From Verrucomicrobiia bacterium (GTDB taxonomy: Bacteria > Verrucomicrobiota > Verrucomicrobiia > Limisphaerales > UBA11358): a DNA stretch of 40,356 bases. The notes beneath the pieces are model-generated. The model ran no database searches and had not been told where the DNA came from. It worked only from the letters and a program-made list of their open reading frames with translations. Below, one piece after another: positions 1-7,843 of the stretch (its first letter is position 1; every line of letters begins with the position of its first letter). A program made the translations under genes and the position numbers. The stretch covers positions 1-40,356 of the forward strand of contig DASYAA010000079.1 in NCBI GenBank assembly GCA_036501565.1. The letters are read 5' to 3'.

Positions 1-1
1 C

Positions 2-265
2 GTGACGCATCGCGAAACGCCCGGCCACGCGGAGGACGGCGTGACTTACATGGTCGGCAACTGGCAGGAAGACGCGCCGCTCATCGCCATCGTCGGCGAC
101 GCGATTTTCGCCGGCTCGATGGGCAATGGCAACGGCGCTTGGGATTTGGCGAAACAAAAAGTGCGCGAACAGATTTTATCACTGCCGCCGGAAACTTTGA
201 TTTGTCCCGGTCACGGCCCGTTGACGACGGTGGCGGAAGAAAAAGAACACAATCCGTTCTTTTAA
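2..265 (+). CDS. MBL-fold metallo-hydrolase (glyoxalase II-like), C-terminal fragment; the 5' end lies outside the window
   Basis: The ORF runs off the left edge. Motifs TPGH, GDAIFAGSMG and PGHGPLTT..E..NPFF are typical of the C-terminal half of the metallo-beta-lactamase fold. Confidence 0.8.
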   Translation: MTHRETPGHAEDGVTYMVGNWQEDAPLIAIVGDAIFAGSMGNGNGAWDLAKQKVREQILSLPPETLICPGHGPLTTVAEEKEHNPFF

Positions 266-807
266 TGAATCCGAAACTTAAATTGAGCAAGCTAGATTGT
301 GCTCGTCGTCAACTGGAATTGGCCATTGAACTTTTTTTCATGGAACGTGATCCAGTATCAATTCACACGCTTGCTGGAGCTACTTATCAGTTATTGGCTG
401 ACATTAACAAGCATCGAGGTGGCAAACCGCTCACGACAGAATTAGAAGGACTCAAAAGATTTGTTATTCCTGGAAAAGAAAAAGAATTGGCTCAATTGTT
501 CAAAGAGGCAGAAAACTTTTTCAAGCACGCAGATCGCGATCCAGAAGGAGTGATTGATTTTTCTCCTGAAATTAATGAGTTGCTCCTTTGGGAAGCTAGT
601 CTCAAATATTCGGAGCTAACATCAGAAGAAACTTCGGCCATGGTGGCTATGCAACTTTGGTTTCAAGTCAAACATCCAGAATATTTCAAACTTGAAGCGT
701 CAAAACATAATAAATTCAAGCAGTCAGCACTTTGGGCAAAATCTGTGGGGAAAAAACAATTTTATAGAGAAATTCTGGCAGCCTCTTTACTTCAAGGAGC
801 CAAATGA
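265..807 (+). CDS. Hypothetical protein, predicted all-alpha, AT-rich orphan
   Basis: The ATG at 265 overlaps the upstream TAA (TAATG). The open frame is 180 codons (MNPKLKLSKLDCARRQLELAIELFF...). GC is about 40% by eye against about 60% in the flanks. I recognise no family. Confidence 0.6.
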   Translation: MNPKLKLSKLDCARRQLELAIELFFMERDPVSIHTLAGATYQLLADINKHRGGKPLTTELEGLKRFVIPGKEKELAQLFKEAENFFKHADRDPEGVIDFSPEINELLLWEASLKYSELTSEETSAMVAMQLWFQVKHPEYFKLEASKHNKFKQSALWAKSVGKKQFYREILAASLLQGAK

Positions 808-883
808 TGATTTTCGTCTAAATTTGAAAATTGACCGCTTCCGTTCGCGTTGTTAATTTCTTCACCCGTTTCCAAACGGTTTT

Positions 884-1357
884 ATGCGACACACCATTTC
901 AATTCTCGTCGAGAACAAGTTCGGCGTGCTCACGCGCGTGGCCGGGCTGTTCAGCGGGCGCGGCTACAACATTGACACCCTCAACGTCGGCCCGACGCAC
1001 GACCCGAAATTGTCGCGCATGACTATCGTCACGACCGGCGACGAGGCGACGCTGGAACAAATCGTCAAGCAGCTCAACAAATTGCCGAACGTGATCAAGG
1101 TGCAGAATTTCAGCGAGGGCGAATATGTGGACCGCGAACTCTTGCTGGTGAAAGTCGGCGTGGATTCCAAGTCGCGCGCCGAGGTGATGCAGATCACGGA
1201 CATTTTCCGCGCGAAAATCGTGGACGTGCAGCCCAAGTCGCTGACGATTGAAATCACCGGCAACGACAGCAAGGTGGAAAAATTCCTCGACCTGATGAAA
1301 ACATTCGGCGTGCAGGAAATCACGCGCACGGGCAAAGCGGCCTTGCCGAGAAAGTAA
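884..1357 (+). CDS. ilvN: Acetolactate synthase small (regulatory) subunit
   Basis: 157 aa. The N-terminus MRHTISILVENKFGVLTRVAGLFSGRGYNIDTLNV...LSRMTIVT matches the conserved ACT-domain AHAS small subunit (IlvH/IlvN). It is followed by ilvC. Confidence 0.95.
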   Translation: MRHTISILVENKFGVLTRVAGLFSGRGYNIDTLNVGPTHDPKLSRMTIVTTGDEATLEQIVKQLNKLPNVIKVQNFSEGEYVDRELLLVKVGVDSKSRAEVMQITDIFRAKIVDVQPKSLTIEITGNDSKVEKFLDLMKTFGVQEITRTGKAALPRK

Positions 1358-1362
1358 TTTTC

Positions 1363-1394
1363 ATTCGTAAATCGTAAATCAAAATCGTAAATTC
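1363..1394. repeat. Heptamer-type tandem repeat (A/T)TCGTAA in the ilvN-ilvC spacer
   Basis: The sequence attcgtaa atcgtaa atcaaa atcgtaa attc was read directly. Confidence 0.7.
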
Positions 1395-1398
1395 AATT

Positions 1399-2424
1399 AT
1401 GCCTGCAAAAGTTTATACGGACAAAGACGCGAATCTCGCGGTGCTCAAAAACAAAACCCTCGCCGTGCTCGGCTTCGGCTCGCAAGGCCACGCCCACGCG
1501 CTCAATCTCAAAGAGAGCGGCTGCAACGTCATCATCGGCCTTTACGAAGGCAGCAAGTCCATACCCGTCGCGCGCGAAAAAGGTTTCAAGGTCTACTCGA
1601 CGGCGGAAGCCGTGCGCCGCGCGGACGTGATTTTCGTCGCGATCCCCGACACCAAGCAGCCGAAGGCTTACGAAAAAGACATCGCGCCGAATCTGACCAA
1701 GGGCAAAACACTTTTGTTCTCGCACGGCTTCGCGATCCATTTCAAAACCGTTGTGCCGCCGAAAAATGTGGATGTGATCCTTGTCGCGCCGAAAGGGCCG
1801 GGTCACATCGTCCGCCGCCAGTTTCTCGAAGGCAAGGGCGTTCCCGCGCTTATCGGCATTTATCAAAATCCGAGCGGCAAGGCCAAGGCCGTCGCGCTCG
1901 CGTGGGCCAAGGGCATCGGCGGCACGCGCGCCGGCGTCATCCAGACTTCCTTCAAGGAAGAGACCGAGACCGATTTGTTCGGCGAGCAGACCGTGTTGTG
2001 CGGCGGCGCGAGCGCGTTGATCCAGGCCGGATACGAAACGCTCGTCGAGGCCGGTTACCAGCCGGAGATGGCCTACTTCGAATGTCTGCACGAATTGAAG
2101 CTCATCGTGGATTTGATGAACGAGGCGGGCATCAGCGGAATGCGGTTTTCAATTTCCGAAACCGCCAAGTGGGGCGACATTTCCGTCGGGCCAAAAATCA
2201 TTGACGCCAGCGTGAAGAAACGCATGAAGTCCGCGCTCAAGGACATCCAGTCCGGAAAATTCGCCAAAGGCTGGGTGGCCGAATACAAAGGCGGCTACAA
2301 AAAATACAACGCTCTGATGAAAAAAGGCGCGAACCATCCCATCGAAAAAGTGGGCGAACGTCTGCGCGGCCTGATGCCGTGGATGAAAAAACGCTCCATC
2401 AAAGGCACGCAAGCCGCGTATTGA
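1399..2424 (+). CDS. ilvC: Ketol-acid reductoisomerase (class I)
   Basis: 341 aa. It carries the [17 protein letters not shown] Rossmann motif and is collinear with KARI throughout. Confidence 0.97.
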   Translation: MPAKVYTDKDANLAVLKNKTLAVLGFGSQGHAHALNLKESGCNVIIGLYEGSKSIPVAREKGFKVYSTAEAVRRADVIFVAIPDTKQPKAYEKDIAPNLTKGKTLLFSHGFAIHFKTVVPPKNVDVILVAPKGPGHIVRRQFLEGKGVPALIGIYQNPSGKAKAVALAWAKGIGGTRAGVIQTSFKEETETDLFGEQTVLCGGASALIQAGYETLVEAGYQPEMAYFECLHELKLIVDLMNEAGISGMRFSISETAKWGDISVGPKIIDASVKKRMKSALKDIQSGKFAKGWVAEYKGGYKKYNALMKKGANHPIEKVGERLRGLMPWMKKRSIKGTQAAY

Positions 2425-2440
2425 TTTGCGATTAAAACAC

Positions 2441-2478
2441 AAAAGCCGCTGGAGAAATCCGGCGGCTTTTTGTTTTAT
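2441..2478 (+). terminator. Rho-independent terminator after ilvC
   Basis: The stem aaaagccgctgg / ccggcggctttt (one G-U pair) has a 6-nt loop and is followed by tgtttt. Confidence 0.6.
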
Positions 2479-2653
2479 GCGTGTCGCCGTTGCGGACAGC
2501 CTATTGTGTTTAGGTTCCCCAAAAAGGGTGACTTAAAAACAAAACCGCTAGTTCCACAACAGCGCGGCAAGCCCATACCAATCCATATACATGGAAAATG
2601 TGGGCAGCTTGGATTCCACTTGAATTAGTGGAGTTCAAAAGTTGAAACAACAA

Positions 2654-2695
2654 GGACGGGTCTTGCGAAATAACAAGACCGTCCCCTTTTATTTT
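2654..2695. terminator. Hairpin terminator, probably bidirectional, serving argJ on the minus strand
   Basis: The stem is ggacgggtcttg / caagaccgtcc. It is followed by ccttttatttt on the plus strand and by ttgttgtttc on the minus strand. It lies about 40 nt downstream of the argJ stop. Confidence 0.5.
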
Positions 2696-2728
2696 GAATC
2701 TGTGTTCAATCTGTGTTTCATCTGTGGC
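2696..2728. repeat. Three tandem units of about 10-11 nt (AATCTGTGTTY); member of the ATC(C/T)GTG dispersed repeat family
   Basis: The sequence gaatctgtgttc aatctgtgtttc atctgtggc lies directly after the argJ stop. Related to 12649..12676 and 4115..4171. Confidence 0.65.
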
Positions 2729-2736
2729 TAAAAAAA

Positions 2737-4065
2737 TCAGCCGCCCAGCGACGCCGGATCGCCAACGTCGCCTTTGTTGAAGTCCACATAATCCTCCGTC
2801 AAATCACAGGCATACATCACCGCGCCCGCCTTGCCGAGATTCAGATTGATATGCAAATCAAATTCCTTCGGCGCAACGGCGACACAAAGTTGCTTGAACG
2901 TCGCCTGCGTCGGCTGCCCGCGTTTCAAGCTCCAAAGAATTTTTTTGCCGCCGCTCGCGCTGTAACCGATGTCCACTTTTCCCTCGACGATTTTCGCGGA
3001 CGAATAACCCAACGCATCAATGATGCGTCCCCAATTTGGATCGCCGCCGTGCCAGCTCGTCTTCACCAGCGCGCTGTTCGCCACCGCACGCGCGGCGGCA
3101 TCGGCGTCGGAAATTGTTTTCGCGCCATTCACCCGCACCGTCACGACGCGATGCACGCCCTCGCCATCACGCACAATCATCTTCGCCAGTTCGAGGCAGA
3201 CGTGATTCAAAGCGGATTGGAAAATCGTGAATCGTGAATCGTGAATCGTGAATCGTTTGTTTCCCGCCAGTCCATTTGCCAGAACCAAAACCGTGTCATT
3301 CGTGCTCATGTCGCCGTCCACGGTGATGCGGTTGAAACTGTTCGCGACGGCTTCATTCAATGCCGCCTGCAAAATTTTCGCGTCAATCGCCGCGTCCGTC
3401 GTGATGAAACACAACATTGTCGCGTGCAATCCGCCATGCGGCAAAGTCGCCGGACGCGCGCCAGTCGGACTCATGCCCGGCTGAATCATCCCCGCGCCTT
3501 TGCAGATGCCGCCGATGCGGACTTTTTTTCCGCCGAGCGAAAATTCAATTGCGATTTGTTTCGGGCGCGAATCGCTGGTCATGATTGCTTCCGCCGCGTG
3601 GTCGGCATTTTTAATTTCGCTGCCCAGCAACGTCGCCGCTTCAAAGATTCCCGCGCGGACATTGTCCATCGGCATCGTCACGCCGATGCGCCCGGTTGAA
3701 CCGATGAGCGCCGAGCCTTTCGGAAAATTTAGCGCGCATTCGGTGAACGAAACCATTTCACGCGCGTCGGCCAAACCTTGTTTGCCCGTGCAGGCATTTG
3801 CATTGCCGGAATTCACAACCAAGACTTGCGCTGTTCCGTTTTTAATTCGCTCAACGCAAACCTTCACCGGCGCGGCGCAGATTTGATTCGTCGTGAACAT
3901 TCCGGCGACTGTCGCGGATGTTTCGGAAATGATAAGTGCGAGGTCGCGCTTCGGGCCTTTGTTCGAGCCTTTGCCAGTGCCGAGACGTTTGATGTCGCAA
4001 AAAACGCCGCTGGCCATGAAACCAATTGGCACGACAATTGAACCGGGAATTTCTTTGAACTTCAT
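2737..4065 (-). CDS. argJ: Bifunctional glutamate N-acetyltransferase / amino-acid acetyltransferase (ornithine acetyltransferase)
   Basis: The autoprocessing-site motif ATMLCFITTDA and the motifs NSGNANACTG and VRDGEG are present. The ATG at 4065 is preferred over the in-frame TTG at 4071. Confidence 0.95.
   Translation of the reverse strand: MKFKEIPGSIVVPIGFMASGVFCDIKRLGTGKGSNKGPKRDLALIISETSATVAGMFTTNQICAAPVKVCVERIKNGTAQVLVVNSGNANACTGKQGLADAREMVSFTECALNFPKGSALIGSTGRIGVTMPMDNVRAGIFEAATLLGSEIKNADHAAEAIMTSDSRPKQIAIEFSLGGKKVRIGGICKGAGMIQPGMSPTGARPATLPHGGLHATMLCFITTDAAIDAKILQAALNEAVANSFNRITVDGDMSTNDTVLVLANGLAGNKRFTIHDSRFTIFQSALNHVCLELAKMIVRDGEGVHRVVTVRVNGAKTISDADAAARAVANSALVKTSWHGGDPNWGRIIDALGYSSAKIVEGKVDIGYSASGGKKILWSLKRGQPTQATFKQLCVAVAPKEFDLHINLNLGKAGAVMYACDLTEDYVDFNKGDVGDPASLGG
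3223..3256. repeat. Heptanucleotide tandem repeat (AATCGTG x4 plus a partial copy) inside argJ
   Basis: Four perfect copies at 3223-3250 plus aatcgt. Translated on the minus strand it gives RFTIHDSRFTIF. Confidence 0.9.
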
Positions 4066-4114
4066 TTTCAAAAATTTAACTGCGAATTATACGAACCACA
4101 CGAAAATTTCTTTT

Positions 4115-4171
4115 ACGCGGATTTCATGGATTAACACAGATTCATTCAGTGAAAATCTGCGTAATCCGTGT
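4115..4171. repeat. Imperfect nested inverted repeat abutting the methyltransferase stop codon
   Basis: acgcggatt (4115-4123) pairs with aatccgtgt (4163-4171), and cacagatt (4135-4142) pairs with aatctgcg (4153-4160). Each pair has one mismatch. Confidence 0.55.
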
Positions 4172-5026
4172 CTAAACTTTTACCGCATCAATTTCCAGTC
4201 GCATCATTTTCACATGGACTTTGCCTTCAGCATCCGGCGGATGCTTGGCGACGTAACGTTGCGTGACGGCGGCGATGAATTCTTCGCGCAGGTTTTCCGA
4301 CACGCGCTGGACATAAGGAATCCACGTCGTGCGCAGCCATGTGGCAAAACCGTTTGCGCCATCGTAGGTTGCGTCTTTTGGCGTGAGTTTGAGCGAATTG
4401 ATTTTGAAGCCAAATTTCGGCAGCCATTTTTCGTAATTGTCCGGCGCATAAAAAAAATATGGCGTCGGCATTTTGCGGAAGAATTTACGCCAACGTTTCA
4501 ACTTTATTTCCGGACGCAGTGCGACGAAAACGTCCTGCGCATTTCCCTTGCCGCCGCAAGAAATGATCAGTCGCGCGCCAGATTTCATGACCGAGGCCGC
4601 GCCGCGCAGGATTTTTTCGTGGTCATCCACCCAATGCAACGCGGCGTTGGAAAACACCAGATCGAATCCATCGCCAAATTTTTTCGCAGAAATTTTCCGC
4701 GCGTCGCAAATTTGAAATTTCAGATTCGGAAATTTGCCCGGCGGAAAAGTTTTTTTGGCGAATCCGATCATTTGCGGCGAAGCATCCGCTCCGGTGACGG
4801 AACCGCGCGGCCCGGCGCACGCGATTTCCGCCGTCACTTTGCCGTCGCCGCAACCGACATCCAAAATGTTTTCGTCGCCGCGCAGTTTGAGCTTGACGAT
4901 GAGTTCGCGCGCCCAAACTTGTTGCACAAAGGAATTCGCGGCGTAATCGGCAGCGTTCCATTTTGCGGGTGAAGAATTTTTTGCGGCCACGACTAAACCA
5001 ATCCCGCAGTTTCGGAAAAACCGCAA
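4172..5026 (-). CDS. Class I SAM-dependent methyltransferase (trans-aconitate methyltransferase-like)
   Basis: The motif ILDVGCGDGKVT (SAM-binding motif I), the WNAADY N-terminus and FSNAALHW are present. The start is uncertain: the ATG at 5026 overlaps argC by 34 nt, and an in-frame GTG at 4990 sits 2 nt after the argC stop. Confidence 0.85.
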   Translation of the reverse strand: MRFFRNCGIGLVVAAKNSSPAKWNAADYAANSFVQQVWARELIVKLKLRGDENILDVGCGDGKVTAEIACAGPRGSVTGADASPQMIGFAKKTFPPGKFPNLKFQICDARKISAKKFGDGFDLVFSNAALHWVDDHEKILRGAASVMKSGARLIISCGGKGNAQDVFVALRPEIKLKRWRKFFRKMPTPYFFYAPDNYEKWLPKFGFKINSLKLTPKDATYDGANGFATWLRTTWIPYVQRVSENLREEFIAAVTQRYVAKHPPDAEGKVHVKMMRLEIDAVKV

Positions 5027-6030
5027 ATGATGTTCATGCTTTGAACCGCCTGGCCGCTCGCGCCTTTGACAAGATTATCTTCCGCGCTCATCACGACGAG
5101 CCGGTTTGTCCGCGAATCCAGTCGCCATGCGATTTCAATTATATTTGTGCCGGCAACATTTTTTGTGTCGGGTAACGATTTACCTTCGAGCAAGCGGATG
5201 AACGGTTCGTCGCCGTAAAATTTTTTGTAGCAGGCGGAAATTTTTTCGCCCGACAATTTTCCTTTCGGCTCAAGATAAAGCGTCGTCAAAATGCCGCGAT
5301 TGATTGGAATCAAATGCGGCGTGAATTGAATCGTGACTTGCGTTTTGGCCGCGAGCGAAAGCTGTTCCTCGATTTCCGACAAATGCCGGTGCTTCGACAC
5401 GCCGTAAGGCCGGACGCTTTCGTTGCACTCGACAAAAAGATAATCCGCTTCGATTTTTCGTCCCGCGCCGCTGACGCCGCTCAATGAATCGGCAATGATG
5501 CCGGTCGGTTTGATCAAACCTGCCTTGAGCAATGGAATCACCGGCAGCAAAATGCTGGTCGGATAACAGCCCGGCGACGCGATGAACGAAGATTTTTTGA
5601 TCTGCGCGCGATAAATTTCCGGCAGGCCATAAACGGATTTTTTCAGCAAGTCCGGCGCGGGATGCTCGTGCGCGTAAAATTCTTTGTAAACTTCCGCGCT
5701 CTTGAGCCGGAAATCTGCGCTCAAGTCAATGACCACGCAACCGGCGTCGAGCAACGGCACGGCGTATTCGGCGGCGACGCCGTGTGGCAGCGCGAGAAAA
5801 ACCACGTCGGCCTGCTTTGCCAAAATTTCGGCGTTCGGTTCGGTGAAACGGAGCGTTTTGGATTTCGGAAGGCTGGCGAATTTTGGAAAAAACTGCGCCA
5901 GCGTTTGCCCGGCATTTTGGCGCGAGGTCACGGCTACCAGTTCCGCGTGCGGATGGTTCAGCAGCAAGCTGACCAGTTCTTCGCCGGAATAACCCGACGC
6001 GCCAACAATGGCGACTTTCTTTGTTTTCAT
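4993..6030 (-). CDS. argC: N-acetyl-gamma-glutamyl-phosphate reductase
   Basis: VAIVGASGYSGEEL (NAD-binding motif) and the SPGCYPTS active-site Cys motif are present. The ATG at 6030 is preferred over the TTG at 6036. Confidence 0.95.
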   Translation of the reverse strand: MKTKKVAIVGASGYSGEELVSLLLNHPHAELVAVTSRQNAGQTLAQFFPKFASLPKSKTLRFTEPNAEILAKQADVVFLALPHGVAAEYAVPLLDAGCVVIDLSADFRLKSAEVYKEFYAHEHPAPDLLKKSVYGLPEIYRAQIKKSSFIASPGCYPTSILLPVIPLLKAGLIKPTGIIADSLSGVSGAGRKIEADYLFVECNESVRPYGVSKHRHLSEIEEQLSLAAKTQVTIQFTPHLIPINRGILTTLYLEPKGKLSGEKISACYKKFYGDEPFIRLLEGKSLPDTKNVAGTNIIEIAWRLDSRTNRLVVMSAEDNLVKGASGQAVQSMNIICGFSETAGLV

Positions 6031-6050
6031 TTTCAATTACGTTCTTTTTA

Positions 6051-6075
6051 ACGCAAAGACGCAAAGACGCAGAGG
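6051..6075. repeat. Tandem 8-mer ACGCAAAG/ACGCAGAG; member of the CACAGAG/GCGCAGAG dispersed repeat family
   Basis: The sequence acgcaaag acgcaaag acgcagag g resembles 7816-7840 and 11907-11932. Confidence 0.6.
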
Positions 6076-6083
6076 AAAATTTT

Positions 6084-6120
6084 CAAATAAAAAACCCGCC
6101 GGCATTGGCCAGCGGGTTTG
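6084..6120 (-). terminator. Rho-independent terminator of rplM-rpsI
   Basis: On the minus strand: caaacccgc-tggccaatgcc-ggcgggttttttatttg. A GC stem is followed by a T-run about 20 nt after the rpsI stop. Confidence 0.7.
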
Positions 6121-6136
6121 AAATTTTCCGGTGCGA

Positions 6137-6541
6137 TCAACGTTTCGAGAATTGGAAACGTTTGCGCGCGCCGGGCTGGCCGTATTTTTTGCGCTCGCGT
6201 TCGCGCGGGTCGCGCGTCAGAAAACCCTCCGCCTTCAATTGCGGACGCAGATTGGCGTCGAATTTCAGCAGCGCGCGCGAAATGCCGTGACGCACCGCAC
6301 CGGCCTGGCCGTTCGGTCCACCGCCGGTGACGTTGATGCGCGCGTCCAATTTTTCCGCCGTGCCGGTAAGCGTCAGCGGCTGGGTCACGGTTGCGCGCAA
6401 TGTGTCCACTGCGAAATAATTTTCAAAGGCGCGTCCGTTGACGGTGATTTTGCCGCTGCCGGTTGCGAGGCGGACGCGCGCGACGGCGGTTTTGCGCCGG
6501 CCCGTGCCGAGAAATTCGTTTGTGACGGTGGATTTGGCCAT
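6137..6541 (-). CDS. rpsI: 30S ribosomal protein S9
   Basis: 134 aa with [12 protein letters not shown], the GGG..GQAGA.RHGI.RAL motif and the C-terminal KRFQFSKR. Confidence 0.97.
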   Translation of the reverse strand: MAKSTVTNEFLGTGRRKTAVARVRLATGSGKITVNGRAFENYFAVDTLRATVTQPLTLTGTAEKLDARINVTGGGPNGQAGAVRHGISRALLKFDANLRPQLKAEGFLTRDPRERERKKYGQPGARKRFQFSKR

Positions 6542-6548
6542 ACAAAAA

Positions 6549-6983
6549 TTATCTGGCGACCGCGAGCGTTGCGGGCATTTGCGCGGCGTGCGGATGTTTG
6601 CCGCCCTTGAACACTTTTAATTTGGTCAACAATTGCGCGCCGAGCCGGTTCTTGGGAATCATGCCTTTGACGGCGTGTTCGATGAGCCGTTCGGGCTGTT
6701 TGGCTCGAACTTGCTCAACGGAAGTATATTTTTCGCCGCCTTTCCAGCCGGAATAGGTCATGAACTTTTTGTCCGTTTCCTTTTTGCCGGTCACACGGAC
6801 TTTTTCGGCGTTGATGACGACGACAAAATCGCCGGCGTCGAGGTGCGGCGTATAAACGGGCTTGTTTTTGCCGCGCAAAACGTCGGCGACCTGCGCGGCC
6901 AGACGGCCGAGCACCGCGCCGTCGGCATCAATCACATGCCACTTGCGCTGGTCCAAATTCACTTTTGGCAAATACGTTTTCAT
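6549..6983 (-). CDS. rplM: 50S ribosomal protein L13
   Basis: 144 aa with [36 protein letters not shown]. It is the canonical neighbour of rpsI. Confidence 0.97.
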   Translation of the reverse strand: MKTYLPKVNLDQRKWHVIDADGAVLGRLAAQVADVLRGKNKPVYTPHLDAGDFVVVINAEKVRVTGKKETDKKFMTYSGWKGGEKYTSVEQVRAKQPERLIEHAVKGMIPKNRLGAQLLTKLKVFKGGKHPHAAQMPATLAVAR

Positions 6984-7045
6984 TTCAAACCCAACAAAGG
7001 GACACGGAATCTATCAGATGCGCGTTTGAAGTCAACAGGACATTT

Positions 7046-7753
7046 TCAGCCGCCGAGGTAGGCGCTCTTGACCTGCGGATTCTGACGCAACGCGCCGGAA
7101 TCGCCCTGCAAAATGATTTTGCCGGTTTCGAGGACGTGGCCGGAATGGGAAATTCCCAGCGCGAGGTTCGCATTTTGTTCGACGAGTAAAATCGTGATGC
7201 CTTGTTCGCGGTTGATCTCGACAATTTTTTCAAAAATTGTTTTCACCAGCAACGGCGCGAGACCGAGCGACGGTTCGTCGAGCAGCAGCAATTTCGGCCT
7301 GCTCATCAGCGCGCGGCCAATCGCCAGCATCTGCTGTTCGCCGCCGGAAAGCGTTCCGGCGACTTGTTGTTCGCGTTCTTTCAAACGCGGAAACATGGCG
7401 AAAACAGATTCGAATTCGCGGCGGACGGTTTTTTTGTCGCGCACGAGATACGCGCCCATCTGCAAATTTTCCAGCACCGTCAAGTTCGCAAAAATCATCC
7501 GGCCTTCGGGAACGTGCGAAACGCCGCGCGCGACGATTTGGTGCGGCGGCAAACCGGCGATTTTTTTGCCTTCGTAAAAAATTTCGCCGGACTTGGGCTT
7601 GAGCAAACCGGAAATGGTTTTGAGCGTCGTCGTCTTGCCCGCGCCGTTTGCACCAATCAACGTGACGATTTTTCCGGCGGACACGGACAAAGAAATTCCG
7701 TGCAGCGCGTTGATTGCGCCGTAGCTGACTTGAAGATTTTTGATTTCTAACAT
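7046..7753 (-). CDS. livF: Branched-chain amino-acid ABC transporter ATP-binding protein (LivF type)
   Basis: Walker A GANGAGKTT, signature LSGGEQQML, Walker B LLLLDEPSLGL. The start is taken at MLEIKNLQ (ATG 7753). The longer ORF to 7843 translates an intergenic repeat. Confidence 0.9.
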   Translation of the reverse strand: MLEIKNLQVSYGAINALHGISLSVSAGKIVTLIGANGAGKTTTLKTISGLLKPKSGEIFYEGKKIAGLPPHQIVARGVSHVPEGRMIFANLTVLENLQMGAYLVRDKKTVRREFESVFAMFPRLKEREQQVAGTLSGGEQQMLAIGRALMSRPKLLLLDEPSLGLAPLLVKTIFEKIVEINREQGITILLVEQNANLALGISHSGHVLETGKIILQGDSGALRQNPQVKSAYLGG

Positions 7754-7760
7754 TTGCTTT

Positions 7761-7840
7761 GCCAGAGAGGCACAGAGGCGCAGAGAATAATTTGGAAATA
7801 AAATCCTGAAATTTCCTTTGCGTCTCTGTGTCTCTGTGGC
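7761..7840. repeat. Imperfect inverted repeat of the CACAGAG family in the livG-livF spacer
   Basis: gccagagaggcacagaggcgcagag (7761-7785) compares with the reverse complement of ctttgcgtctctgtgtctctgtggc (7816-7840). The loop is 30 nt. Confidence 0.65.
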
Positions 7841-7843
7841 CAA

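Noticed and set aside
1393-2091. Long antisense ORFs opposite well-supported genes. Examples: 1393..2091(-) opposite ilvC; 8749..9696(+) opposite livM; 12677..13549(-) opposite uvrC; 15915..16889(-) and 16935..17921(-) opposite deaD; 21695..22522(-) opposite pyk; 38651..39574(-) opposite the Tmk-like genes.
   Set aside because: These are typical shadow ORFs of GC-rich DNA. The translations are Arg/Ala/Gly-rich low-complexity sequences without recognisable motifs, while the opposite strand encodes proteins with clear conserved signatures.
2479-2653. A possible small RNA between two hairpin terminators downstream of ilvC.
   Set aside because: The second hairpin (2654-2695) has T-rich tracts on both sides and sits about 40 nt after the convergent argJ stop. 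A bidirectional or argJ terminator is therefore the simpler explanation. I found no convincing promoter, no conserved ncRNA motif (SRP, 6S, tmRNA, RNase P) and only a 10-codon ORF.
4063-4071. MKMK N-termini predicted for both argJ and argC (a TTG-AAA-ATG pattern at 4071 and at 6036).
   Set aside because: This is most likely a coincidence of an in-frame TTG two codons upstream of the real ATG. I annotated the ATG starts (4065 and 6030).
7754-7843. An N-terminal extension of the livF ORF (MATETQRRKGNFRILFPNYSLRLCASLAKQ...).
   Set aside because: It translates the CACAGAG-family intergenic hairpin. LivF-type proteins start at MLEIKNL..., and that ATG is at 7753.
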